Assembly: GCA_040904785.1 (NCBI GenBank)
Contig: JBBDSV010000086.1
Location: 288-64,287, forward strand
Direction of reading: 5' to 3'
Length of the DNA stretch: 64,000 nucleotides
From: Nitriliruptoraceae bacterium
GTDB lineage: Bacteria > Actinomycetota > Nitriliruptoria > Nitriliruptorales > Nitriliruptoraceae
Of the stretch, positions 52,517-63,458 are shown in pieces. The position numbers were made by a program, and so were the translations under genes. Position 1 is the first letter of the stretch, and the number at the start of each line of letters is the position of its first letter. Below the pieces are notes generated by a model. That model saw only the letters and a program-made list of their open reading frames with translations. It made no database searches and had not been told where the DNA came from.

Positions 52517-54106
52517 TCAGCGCGGGTCGAGCTCGCTCGAGGCGGTGACCGTCGGACTCGAATCCCGATCCGCAGGCTCGACGACGATCTCGCCCGCCGA
52601 ATCCTTCGCGAGCCCGCGCGCCACACCCCAGGCGACGACGACGAGCACAACAGCGAAGGGCAGCCCGGTGGCGACCGATCCTGCCTGGAACGCGCCCAGA
52701 CCTCCGGCCGACAGCAGCACGGCTGCGACGACACCTTCGGACAGCGCCCAGAACAGCCGCAGTCCCTTCGGTGGGTCCAGCTGGCCGCCGGACGCGATCA
52801 TGTCGATCACGAACGACCCCGAGTCGGAACTGGTCACGAAGAACACGGTGACGACGATGATCGCCAGCACCGACATCAACGCGCTCGCGGGCAGTGCCTC
52901 GAGCAGGCCGAACATGCCCGATCCCGCGTAGTCGACCGTTTCGCTGATCGTCGCGATGCCCTCGAGTTCGAGGTGCAGGGCGGTGTTGCCCATGACGGTG
53001 AACCACAGGAACGACACGAGCGTGGGGACGAACAGCACTCCTCCAATGAACTCGCGAATCGTGCGACCGCGGGAAATGCGCGCGATGAACATGCCGACGA
53101 ACGGCGACCACGAGATCCACCAGGCCCAGTAGAAGATGGTCCAGGCGCCTGCCCAGCCGTCTCCGCCGTAGGAGCCGCCCCAGCCGAGCAGGGGGATCGT
53201 CTGGAAGACGTAGTTGCCGATGTTCTCGAAGTAGGCGGTCAGCAGCACCAGGGTCGGACCCGCCAGGGCGACGAATCCGAGCAGAATCGCTGCGAGAATC
53301 ATGTTCGTCTGCGACAGGCGCTTGATGCCCTTGTCCAGCCCCGACATCACGGATGCAGTCGCGGCCACGGTGATGAGCGCAATCAAGATGATCTGTGTGC
53401 CGCTGCTCACCGGAATGTCGAACAGGCGATTGAGTCCGGAATTGATCTGTGCCACGCCGAGGCCGAGCGATGTCGCGATCCCGAACATCGTTCCCAGAAT
53501 CGCCAGGATGTCGACCAGGTTGCCGAGCCAGCCCTTGTAGCGCTCACCGATCAGCGGATACAGCGCCGAGCGGACCGTCATCGGCAGGCCGTGTCGGTAG
53601 CCGAAGTAGGCCAGTGACAGGCCCAGCACCGCATACACCGCCCAGGGTCCCAGTCCCCAATGGTGGAACGTCAGCAGCATCGCCTCGCTCGCGGCCTCCT
53701 GCGAACCCGCTGCGATCTGTTCGCCGATGCGCTGCGGTGGGTCGATCGCGAAGTGTGAAACCGGCTCCTCGACGCCCCAGAACACCAGTCCGATGCCCAT
53801 GCCGGCGGCGAAGAGCATCGAGAACCAGGTCAGGTAGCTGTAGTCGGGCTCCGAGTCGTCCGGACCCAGCTTGACATCCGCGTGCCGGCCGATGGCCAGC
53901 CACAAGCAGAAGATCAGCAGGAAGGCGACGCTGGCGATGAAGAACCAGCCGAAGGTCGAGATGACGAAGTTGAACACCGCGTTCAGCGCAGCGCCCGCAC
54001 TCTCGGTCGCAACAGCGCCGTAGGTGACGAAGAGCACGATGAGTCCCGCGGAAACGGGAAACACCACCGGATGAATGTGTGTTTTCACGCGGTCGAGTGT
54101 CGACAT
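52517..54106 (-). CDS. BCCT-family (betaine/carnitine/choline) transporter
   Basis: 529 aa and about 12 TMs, with the BCCT signature region (WTIFYWAWWISWSPFVGMFIARISRGRTIREF). Confidence 0.9.
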   Translation of the reverse strand: MSTLDRVKTHIHPVVFPVSAGLIVLFVTYGAVATESAGAALNAVFNFVISTFGWFFIASVAFLLIFCLWLAIGRHADVKLGPDDSEPDYSYLTWFSMLFAAGMGIGLVFWGVEEPVSHFAIDPPQRIGEQIAAGSQEAASEAMLLTFHHWGLGPWAVYAVLGLSLAYFGYRHGLPMTVRSALYPLIGERYKGWLGNLVDILAILGTMFGIATSLGLGVAQINSGLNRLFDIPVSSGTQIILIALITVAATASVMSGLDKGIKRLSQTNMILAAILLGFVALAGPTLVLLTAYFENIGNYVFQTIPLLGWGGSYGGDGWAGAWTIFYWAWWISWSPFVGMFIARISRGRTIREFIGGVLFVPTLVSFLWFTVMGNTALHLELEGIATISETVDYAGSGMFGLLEALPASALMSVLAIIVVTVFFVTSSDSGSFVIDMIASGGQLDPPKGLRLFWALSEGVVAAVLLSAGGLGAFQAGSVATGLPFAVVLVVVAWGVARGLAKDSAGEIVVEPADRDSSPTVTASSELDPR

Positions 54107-54339
54107 GCAATCCTCTCCCAGTCGCGGTGCCGGCAACGCGCTTCGATTCTGCGGCAACAGCGCGCGGCGGGGGCCCGCCAGCCAGCACCTCGTTGTCGCA
54201 CGTGACGTGCGGCGGCACACCCTCGCAAACCGGCGCGCGGGTTTCCACCCTCATCGCGGCGATGGTGGCCATTCGTCCCAGATCGCGCGTTGGGCGCGAA
54301 CACGTGCGCGTTGAGTGCGCTCGTTCGGTCGGCGGGTGC

Positions 54340-56422
<2,083 letters not shown>

Positions 56423-56503
56423 ACGTGCGCGTGATGCCGAGCCGGCGTCACCGACGTCGACAGGCTCGCTACGGTGCGTTGCCGGTCAAGCGCGAGGACA
56501 GAC

Positions 56504-57157
56504 GTGACGGTGCTTGCATTCGTGCGACACGCCACGACAGCCGCGACTGGCGTGCGGCTCGGTGGGTGGACGCCCGGTGTCCACCTCGACGCGGCAGGTC
56601 GGGCGCAGGCGGATGCGCTCGCCAAACGCTGGGCGAAGCTGCCGGTCGCCGCGGTCTATGCCTCGCCGCTGGAGCGCACGGTGGAGACGGCACGTCCGCT
56701 GGCGCGCGCCCACGGCAAACGTGTGCGGGTGCGCCCGTCTTTCGGCGAGGTCGACTACGGCGAGTGGACGGACCGGCCGCTGTCGCAACTGCGGCGCCGC
56801 ACGGGGTGGCGGACGGTGCAGGCAACACCGTCGCGGTGGCAGTTTCCCGGGGGTGAATCGATCCGTGCAGCCCAGCTGCGCGCCGTCGATGGGACCGAAG
56901 AGCTCGTCGCCGCACACGGTGACGAACTGATCGTCGTCGTGACCCATGCGGACATCATCAAGTCGGTCGTGGCCCACTTCCTCGCGATGCCGCTCGACGC
57001 GTTCCAGCGGATCACCGTCGACCCCGCCTCGACAACGCTGCTCGTGATCCCGACTGAGGGCACTCCGACGCTGCGTGCCCTCAATTACACCGGACCGCTG
57101 ACGAATCTGCTGTCCGCGGATTCGCCGGCACGCGCGGCACGCGAGGTGCGCCGGTGA
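56504..57157 (+). CDS. Histidine phosphatase superfamily protein (MSMEG_4193-like putative phosphomutase)
   Basis: LAFVRHATTA (RHG-type motif), SPLERTVETA, VTHADIIK. Confidence 0.75.
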   Translation: MTVLAFVRHATTAATGVRLGGWTPGVHLDAAGRAQADALAKRWAKLPVAAVYASPLERTVETARPLARAHGKRVRVRPSFGEVDYGEWTDRPLSQLRRRTGWRTVQATPSRWQFPGGESIRAAQLRAVDGTEELVAAHGDELIVVVTHADIIKSVVAHFLAMPLDAFQRITVDPASTTLLVIPTEGTPTLRALNYTGPLTNLLSADSPARAAREVRR

Positions 57158-57666
57158 GTCGTGAGCACGACATGACGCAGCCGCATCACGTCACCGTCGG
57201 CTACGCGGGGACGCCCGGCGCTCGGACGTTCTACCTCCAGTTCGAAGACGACGCGGACCGCATCACGCTGCGGATCGAAAAGGTCCAGGTGGCCGGTATC
57301 GCCGACTTGCTATCCGGTCTGCTCGCCGACCAGGACAATCGACCGGCCACCGACTGGGACCGGACGGCGATGGCGCTCCGCGCGCCGATCGAACCCGCAT
57401 GGCAGGTCGGCGATATCGGTGTCGGCATCGACGAGGCGACCGGCCAATACGTGCTCGAACTGCATCGCCTGACGAGGGACGCCGATGATCCGGCCGACGT
57501 CCTTCGGGTCGCCATCGATGTCGACCAGGCGCGACGATTCGTTGCCCATGCCGTCGAACAGGTCGGTGAAGGCCGTCGCGCATGCCCGTTGTGCGGGCGG
57601 CCGATGGCGAGCGACGGCTCCCATGTCTGTCCGTCGACCAACGGCCACGGGACGCTGACGCAGTGA
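57154..57666 (+). CDS. DUF3090 family protein with a C-terminal zinc-ribbon-like CPLCG...CP motif
   Basis: VGYAGTPGARTFYLQ... CPLCGRPMASDGSHVCPSTNGH. GTGA overlap with the upstream gene. Confidence 0.7.
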   Translation: MSREHDMTQPHHVTVGYAGTPGARTFYLQFEDDADRITLRIEKVQVAGIADLLSGLLADQDNRPATDWDRTAMALRAPIEPAWQVGDIGVGIDEATGQYVLELHRLTRDADDPADVLRVAIDVDQARRFVAHAVEQVGEGRRACPLCGRPMASDGSHVCPSTNGHGTLTQ

Positions 57667-58463
57667 CCGGCGAGCAGCGCGTCGAGCTGCTGCGCGACGC
57701 CGACCTCGACGTCCTCGGGCGCCTGACGACCGCATCGAACGCCGCGTACCTCGTCCGGATCATTGCAACGTCGGCCCGCGGTGTCGATCGCGATCCGACG
57801 CATCCGGCGGCACATGCGGTCGACGACATCCCGGAGGAACAGTTGGCGGTGTACAAGCCAGTGGCGGGGGAACGGCCGTTGGTCGACTTTCCGCCAGAGA
57901 CGCTCCATCGTCGGGAGGCCGCCGCCTGGCACGTCATGGACGCGCTCGGCTGGGGCCTCGTGCCGCCCACGGTCATCCGCGACGGGCCGTATGGCGTGGG
58001 TAGCGTGCAGCAGTTCGTCGCCCACGACCCCCGCCTGCACTACTTCGTCCTCGCCGAGCAGGGAACGCCGGTGGTGCACGAGCGCCTGCGCCAGATGGCG
58101 GTTTTCGACCTCATCGTCAACAATGCCGACCGCAAGGCCGGCCATGTGCTCGCTCGCCGACCACAGATCGAGGACGAACGGGTCACCGCCGAGATCCGCC
58201 TGATCGACCACGGTGTGTGCTTCCACGTCGAGGACAAGTTGCGCACGGTTGCGTGGGAGCTCGCGGGCAGTTCGCTCGACGCCGAACGGCCGGCGGTCAC
58301 ACGCCTGGTGTCCCGCTTCTCGACCGAGCTGGAACCCCGACTCGTGCCGCTGCTCGCCGACGACGAGATCGACGCGCTTCGGGCACGCCTGTCTGCGGTT
58401 GCCGCGCTCGACGTGCTCCCGCCACCGCGTGGCGACCGCCCGTATCCGTGGCCGCTGATCTGA
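57663..58463 (+). CDS. SCO1664-family protein (PI3/PI4-kinase-like fold)
   Basis: AVYKPVAGERPLVDFP..., FDLIVNNADRKAGHVL, LIDHGVCF kinase-like catalytic loop. GTGA overlap with the DUF3090 gene. Confidence 0.7.
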   Translation: MTGEQRVELLRDADLDVLGRLTTASNAAYLVRIIATSARGVDRDPTHPAAHAVDDIPEEQLAVYKPVAGERPLVDFPPETLHRREAAAWHVMDALGWGLVPPTVIRDGPYGVGSVQQFVAHDPRLHYFVLAEQGTPVVHERLRQMAVFDLIVNNADRKAGHVLARRPQIEDERVTAEIRLIDHGVCFHVEDKLRTVAWELAGSSLDAERPAVTRLVSRFSTELEPRLVPLLADDEIDALRARLSAVAALDVLPPPRGDRPYPWPLI

Positions 58464-58583
58464 GCGTCGGTGTGTCGGTCGATCAGCCCGGCATCGCTAT
58501 CGTGATCCGTAGCGCCCACCGGCTGCGACCGGACCGGCACACGTTGGCGTCGCCATGACGCGCGAGCACACGAAAGCCCGCTG

Positions 58584-59339
58584 ATGGCCACCTACCGCGA
58601 ACAGGGCATCGTCCTGCGCACCTACAAGCTGGGTGAGACCGACCGCATCGTGCACCTGCTCACTCAGGGACGCGGCAAGGTCCGCGCGGTCGCCAAGGGC
58701 GTGCGACGGCCGGGAAGTCGATTCGGCGGCCGCCTCGAGGTCTTCAGCCACGTCGACCTGCAGCTCTACGAAGGCCGATCACTCGACATCATCAACCAGG
58801 CGGAGCTCATCGCGTCGCATGCCGACGTGCGCGTCGACTACGGCCGTTCGGCTGCAGGATCGGTGATGGTCGAGTTGGTCGACGCGGTCGTGCAGGAAGG
58901 CGCCCGCGACACCGCCTTGTTCCTGCTGCTCCGATCCGGGCTCCAGGCGCTCGACGCCCGACCCCGTGATCCATCGGTGTTCGTCGACGCATTCCTTCTT
59001 CGTGCCTCCTCGACGCTCGGATTCCACGTGTTCACTGATGCGTGCGCGGCGTGCCGCACACCGGGGCCGCACGCATTCCTGTCCGTACGTGGCGGCGGGA
59101 CCCTGTGCCCGGACTGCGCGCCTGCCGGGACCCGTGCCGTCGAACCGCGTGTGATCGAGATCGTGGCTGCATTCGCCCGGACCGCGGAGTGGTCGTCGCT
59201 GCCGGCGATCGGCCGGGAAACCGACGCCCGGCGAACCGCCGCCGCGTACGTGCGGGCGTTCGTCGAGCATCATCTCGACCGCCGATTGCGTGCGTACGAC
59301 GCGGTGCCACGTCACGCGGAAGCCGGCGAAGCACGCTGA
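58584..59339 (+). CDS. recO: DNA repair protein RecO
   Basis: YREQGIVLRTYKLGETDRIVHLLTQGRGKVRAVAKGVRR, plus a Cys zinc motif (CAACR...CPDC). Confidence 0.92.
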   Translation: MATYREQGIVLRTYKLGETDRIVHLLTQGRGKVRAVAKGVRRPGSRFGGRLEVFSHVDLQLYEGRSLDIINQAELIASHADVRVDYGRSAAGSVMVELVDAVVQEGARDTALFLLLRSGLQALDARPRDPSVFVDAFLLRASSTLGFHVFTDACAACRTPGPHAFLSVRGGGTLCPDCAPAGTRAVEPRVIEIVAAFARTAEWSSLPAIGRETDARRTAAAYVRAFVEHHLDRRLRAYDAVPRHAEAGEAR

Positions 59340-59390
59340 GTCCACGGCACTACGATCCATCGTGCTGCGGCGTGTCGCCGGGCTGCGCGC

Positions 59391-60155
59391 ATGAGGGAGC
59401 AAGGCATGGCACGGGGGTCGTCAGAGGACACCGCCGATCGCCTGCATGTCGCCATCATCATGGACGGCAACGGCCGGTGGGCCAACCAGCGTGGTTTGCG
59501 TCGCAATGCCGGGCACGAGGCTGGCGAATCCGCGTTGTTCGACACGGTGGAAGGCGCGCTCGAACTCGGGGTCACCGACCTGACGGTGTACGCGTTCTCG
59601 ACGGAGAACTGGCGTCGTTCACCCGATGAGGTCCGTTTCCTTCTCGGGTTCAACGAGTCGTTGCTCCTGCGCCGGGTCGACGAACTCGACGAGCGTGACG
59701 TCCGCGTGCGATTCGTCGGCAGGCGTCGGCGCCCGGTTCCCGCGCGTCTGCTCAATTTGATGGCGCGGACCGAGCAGCGGACGGCGGACAACACGCGGAT
59801 GACGCTGCGAATCGCCTTCAACTACGGCGCGCGAGCTGAACTGGTCGACGCGGCCCGCGCCATCGCCGACGACGTCGCGGCCGGTCGGTTGCGACGCGTG
59901 ACCGAGCGTGCCGTCGCTGCCCGACTCGACGACCCGGACATGCCGCCCGTCGATGTGCTCATTCGCACCTCGGGTGAGCAGCGCCTGTCGAATTTCCTGC
60001 TGTGGCAGGCCGCCTACGCCGAGCTGGTGTTCGTCGACACACTGTGGCCCGATTTCGATCGGCACGCGTTGGCGGCCTGTCTCGAAGAGTTCCGTGCGCG
60101 TGATCGTCGGTTCGGTGCCGCACGGGATCCGATCGCCGACGATTCGCAGGCGTAA
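59391..60155 (+). CDS. uppS: Isoprenyl transferase (cis-prenyltransferase, UppS family)
   Basis: HVAIIMDGNGRWA, TVYAFSTENWRR, IRTSGEQRLSNFLLWQAAYAE. Confidence 0.93.
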   Translation: MREQGMARGSSEDTADRLHVAIIMDGNGRWANQRGLRRNAGHEAGESALFDTVEGALELGVTDLTVYAFSTENWRRSPDEVRFLLGFNESLLLRRVDELDERDVRVRFVGRRRRPVPARLLNLMARTEQRTADNTRMTLRIAFNYGARAELVDAARAIADDVAAGRLRRVTERAVAARLDDPDMPPVDVLIRTSGEQRLSNFLLWQAAYAELVFVDTLWPDFDRHALAACLEEFRARDRRFGAARDPIADDSQA

Positions 60156-60185
60156 CGGGCGAATCGGCTCATCAGGGCGGACCGG

Positions 60186-61511
60186 CTAGCCCCGCCGGGT
60201 CGAGACCGACGCGCCGAACACGTCCGCGAGGTCGTCGGCGAACGCTCGGGCGGCATCGGCCTCGAGCGCGGCAACGGTGACCCGAATGCCGGGCTCGCTG
60301 ATGATTCGGAAGGGCTCGCCTGCCTGCACTGCCCATCCGCGTGCTGCAAGCGCCTGGACGACCGGGACCTCTTCGACCACCGGAATCCATACGTTGAGCC
60401 CGCTTGCGCCGTGGGCGACGATGACGTGGTCGGCGAGTGCCTCGAGCAGCGCCGTGCGCCGTTCGGTGTAGGCGGCAGCGGCGCGTTCCAGCGTGCCGTC
60501 GGCGATCGCGGTGTTCCATACAGTTGCGGCCAGTCGTTGGAGCAGGTGACTGACCCAGCCGGTGCCGAGCCGCTGCCTGCCCTGGACGCGGGTCACGGTG
60601 TCGGCGTCCCCGACGAGCGCTGCAACGCGCAGATCGGGGCCGAGTGCCTTGGCGACGCTGCGCACCACGGCCCACTGTTCGCGCTCCGGTGTCAGCGAGT
60701 GCCAGGGCCGGCCGGCGATCCCGGCAGCTGCGTCGTCCTCGATAATCAGCGGTTCGGGATGCTCGGCGAGCACGGCACGCAACGCGGCGACGCGGGTCGC
60801 GGTCCACGCGGCTCCGGTGGGGTTCTGCGCCCGTGGCACGACCAGGACGGCGGCGACGCCGGATCGCAGGGCAGCGTCGAGGTCGTCGGGGCGCGGTCCC
60901 TCGTCGTCGACCGCCATCGGGACGGGTTCGAGGCCGAGTGCGCGCACCAAGTCGAGCGTGCCGATGTAGCCGGGATCCTCGACGGCGACCCGGTCGCCGA
61001 CGCGACAGTGCACCTCGAGGACACGTTCGATCCCGTCGAGCGCTCCACCGACGATGGCGAGATTCTCCGAGTCGATGCCGTCCGCGGCGAAGTCCTCGTG
61101 CGCCCGTTCGGCGAGGGAGTCGACGATCGGGTGTTCGCCGTAGAGGCGGTGCACAGGGCCAACGGCACGCAGACCGGGGCCGAGGTCAGGCAGCAGCTGC
61201 GGGTCAGGATTGCCCGTGGCCAGGTCGAGGGCGTCCGCCGGAAGCGTGGGTACGAGCCGAACCGCGAGCGGCGGCCGGTGGGCGACCGTTGTTCGGGACC
61301 GGTCGTGCGCGACGAGGACGCCTCGTTGTCGCAGGTCGCGGTACGCCGAGGCGACCGTCGTCGGCGACAGCGACAACTGTTTGGCCAGTGCGCGGACGGA
61401 CGGCAGCGCCTCACCGGGTTCGAGCGCGCCGCGCAGCACCCCCTGTTCGATCGACCGGGCGACGCTGGCCGCGTCCCGGCCACGAATGCGATACTGTAAC
61501 GACTCAGACAT
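60186..61511 (-). CDS. MocR/PdxR-type regulator (GntR winged-helix fused to a fold-type I aminotransferase domain)
   Basis: N-terminal LPSVRALAKQLSLSPTTVASAYRDLRQRG, followed by about 350 aa of aminotransferase-like domain. Confidence 0.85.
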   Translation of the reverse strand: MSESLQYRIRGRDAASVARSIEQGVLRGALEPGEALPSVRALAKQLSLSPTTVASAYRDLRQRGVLVAHDRSRTTVAHRPPLAVRLVPTLPADALDLATGNPDPQLLPDLGPGLRAVGPVHRLYGEHPIVDSLAERAHEDFAADGIDSENLAIVGGALDGIERVLEVHCRVGDRVAVEDPGYIGTLDLVRALGLEPVPMAVDDEGPRPDDLDAALRSGVAAVLVVPRAQNPTGAAWTATRVAALRAVLAEHPEPLIIEDDAAAGIAGRPWHSLTPEREQWAVVRSVAKALGPDLRVAALVGDADTVTRVQGRQRLGTGWVSHLLQRLAATVWNTAIADGTLERAAAAYTERRTALLEALADHVIVAHGASGLNVWIPVVEEVPVVQALAARGWAVQAGEPFRIISEPGIRVTVAALEADAARAFADDLADVFGASVSTRRG

Positions 61512-61520
61512 TATATCTGT

Positions 61521-61548
61521 ACCATAACAGTTCTGACCGTGTGGTCAA
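61521..61548 (-). promoter_or_regulatory. Putative MocR promoter (-35 TTGACC, 16 nt, -10 TATGGT) ending 9 nt before the ATG, overlapped by inverted repeat TGACC-N4-GGTCA (61534-61547)
   Basis: The hexamers and the inverted repeat were read directly on the minus strand. The spacing implies a leaderless or near-leaderless mRNA. Confidence 0.4.
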
Positions 61549-61606
61549 GCACCGCGGACGCCTGCCTGGCGGGTCCTGCTGTCGGTTGCACGGGGGAGGT
61601 TGCCGC

Positions 61607-62791
61607 ATGGTGGCCATCGACATGCTTCGAACCCGCTCGGGTTCCGCGCTCGCCGAACGCCTGAGTCATCGCCGTCGCCGTGCGGCGCCGATGACGCGCG
61701 TCGGCCTTGCGCTGGCCGTCGTGTATCTCGTGTGGGGCTCCACCTACCTGGCGATGGACGTTGCGCTGGCGGTGGTCCCGCCCATGCTGCTGATGGCGGT
61801 TCGCTTCGCCATTGCCGGTGCCGTCCTGTACGTCTGGTCGTGCCATCGCGCCGATCATCGCGGCCAGCGTCCCACGGCTCAGCAGTGGCGTCAGGCGGTC
61901 ATCACCGGCAGCTTGCTGCTTGTGGGAGGAACCGGACTCGTCGCCCTGGCCATGACGTGGCTGGCGTCGTCGACGGCAGCGCTGCTGGCGGCGACCGTTC
62001 CCGTGTGGATGGCGTTGTTCGGCCGACTGCTGTTCGGCGATCGCCTCTCGGTGCGGGCAACCTTGGGACTCACGCTCGGATTGATCGGCGTGGCCGGCCT
62101 CGTCGATGCCAGTGGCGGCGCCGGCGCGCCGATGCTGCTCGCGCTCGCTGGTGCGGCTGCCTGGGCGGCCGGTTCGATGCGCAGCCGGATCGTCGCGGCA
62201 CCGTCGCAGCCGATGGTCGCCGCATCGATGGAGATGCTCGGTGCCGCCGCGGTCTTCGCGATCATCGGCCTCGTCCGCGGTGAGCTGGCCATGATCGATG
62301 TCGGGGCGATTGACCTTCGAACCACGGTCGCATTCGGCTACCTCGTGACGGCCGGATCGATCGTGGCGTTCACGGCCTACCGGTGGCTGCTGCTCCATGC
62401 ATCGCCGGCGCTGGTCGGCACTCACGCCTACGTCAATCCGGTCGTCGCGGTCGCCATCGGCTGGGCGGTCGCGGGCGAGATCGTCACGGCGCGCATGTCG
62501 CTCGCCGCACTCGTCGTCGTCGCCGGCACCGCGTTGGTTGTCACCGGAAGACCGCATATCCCCGTACCTGCCCAGGCGACGTCCGGTGTTGACGCGTTCG
62601 CCGGTGTGGCACGCGTACGCCGGGTTCGACGGATCGGACAGCACATGCGGCACCTGCCGGGTACGGCGCTACGGATGGGCGCCGTGCCGGTTGCCCGCGG
62701 CTACCGTCGTCTTCGCCGGCACCGCGGTCTGCACGTCGCTGGGGGCCCGCGCTGGCTCGATCATCGCCGCATTCCGGAGGAATCGACCTGA
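61607..62791 (+). CDS. EamA/DMT-family transporter (10 TM) with an Arg-rich C-terminal tail of doubtful authenticity
   Basis: LALAVVYLVWGSTYLAM and two EamA repeats. Divergent from the MocR gene. Codon bias degrades after about 62545. ATG 61691 is an alternative start. Confidence 0.8.
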   Translation: MVAIDMLRTRSGSALAERLSHRRRRAAPMTRVGLALAVVYLVWGSTYLAMDVALAVVPPMLLMAVRFAIAGAVLYVWSCHRADHRGQRPTAQQWRQAVITGSLLLVGGTGLVALAMTWLASSTAALLAATVPVWMALFGRLLFGDRLSVRATLGLTLGLIGVAGLVDASGGAGAPMLLALAGAAAWAAGSMRSRIVAAPSQPMVAASMEMLGAAAVFAIIGLVRGELAMIDVGAIDLRTTVAFGYLVTAGSIVAFTAYRWLLLHASPALVGTHAYVNPVVAVAIGWAVAGEIVTARMSLAALVVVAGTALVVTGRPHIPVPAQATSGVDAFAGVARVRRVRRIGQHMRHLPGTALRMGAVPVARGYRRLRRHRGLHVAGGPRWLDHRRIPEEST

Positions 62792-63438
62792 CGGGGACGC
62801 TCGAGGCGATCTGCGTCGGCGCCGTTGCGTCGGCGTCCTGGGCGGGACGATTGGGGCAGACCGCGATCGACAAGCAGCCGGTTGTCGGCGTCGTTCGTGT
62901 CACGCGCGACGGTGTCGCCGGCGACGCCCAGGCGAATCACCGCCACCACGGCGGGCCGGATCAGGCGGTCTACGCCTACGGCAGTGCGGACGCCGTCTGG
63001 TGGCAGGATCGCATTGGTGCGCCGCGTCCGCCCGGGTCCTTCGGCGAGAACCTGCGCGTCGCGGGCATCGACGTGTCCGCGACGCGGATCGGCGACCACT
63101 GGCGTGTGGGAGGCGTCGTCGTCGAAGTCACCGGACCCCGGATTCCGTGCCGGGTGCTGGCGGGATTCTGGGATCGGCCGGGTCTCATCGACGAGTTCAT
63201 CGATGCCGGGCGGCCGGGCGCCTACCTGCGTGTGATCGAGCCGGGCTCGGTCGTCGCCGGCGATCCCGTCACCGTCGAACCCGCCGCGACGACGGTGACG
63301 GTTGCCGACACGCTTCGGATTGTCACCCGTGCGCCGCACCGAGCCGCAGAACTCGCCGAGATCGCTGCGCGAACTACGCCGGCCGTGCGCCGATGGTTGG
63401 CCGCCCAAGGCGTCGGCGACGAGACTGCAGCCGATTGA
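62788..63438 (+). CDS. MOSC domain protein (YiiM-like); probable CTG start overlapping the upstream TGA
   Basis: HGGPDQAVYAY, GENLRV, and the PRIPCRVL conserved Cys. The MOSC-like N-terminus (TLEAICVGAV...GQTAIDKQPV) lies upstream of the first canonical start (TTG 62851). GGAGGA lies 6 nt before CTG 62788. Confidence 0.75.
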   Translation: MTGTLEAICVGAVASASWAGRLGQTAIDKQPVVGVVRVTRDGVAGDAQANHRHHGGPDQAVYAYGSADAVWWQDRIGAPRPPGSFGENLRVAGIDVSATRIGDHWRVGGVVVEVTGPRIPCRVLAGFWDRPGLIDEFIDAGRPGAYLRVIEPGSVVAGDPVTVEPAATTVTVADTLRIVTRAPHRAAELAEIAARTTPAVRRWLAAQGVGDETAAD

Positions 63439-63458
63439 GCGGCGCAGTCGCTGCCGCA

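Noticed and set aside
53971-53985. TGAAC-ACCGC-GTTCA palindrome resembling a LexA half-site pair.
   Set aside because: The spacer is 5 nt instead of 4, and it lies in the middle of the BCCT coding sequence with no promoter context.
60833-61606. N-terminal 258 codons of the 652-aa plus-strand ORF that ends as the EamA transporter.
   Set aside because: This part is antisense to the well-supported MocR gene and translates to an Arg-rich sequence. The EamA domain begins only after ATG 61607.
62553-62790. Apparent G/C third-position periodicity in a third plus-strand frame across the EamA tail, suggesting a hidden gene.
   Set aside because: That frame has no stop codon before the end of the window and would run straight through the MOSC and ALDH genes. 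It was kept only as evidence that the EamA tail is atypical.
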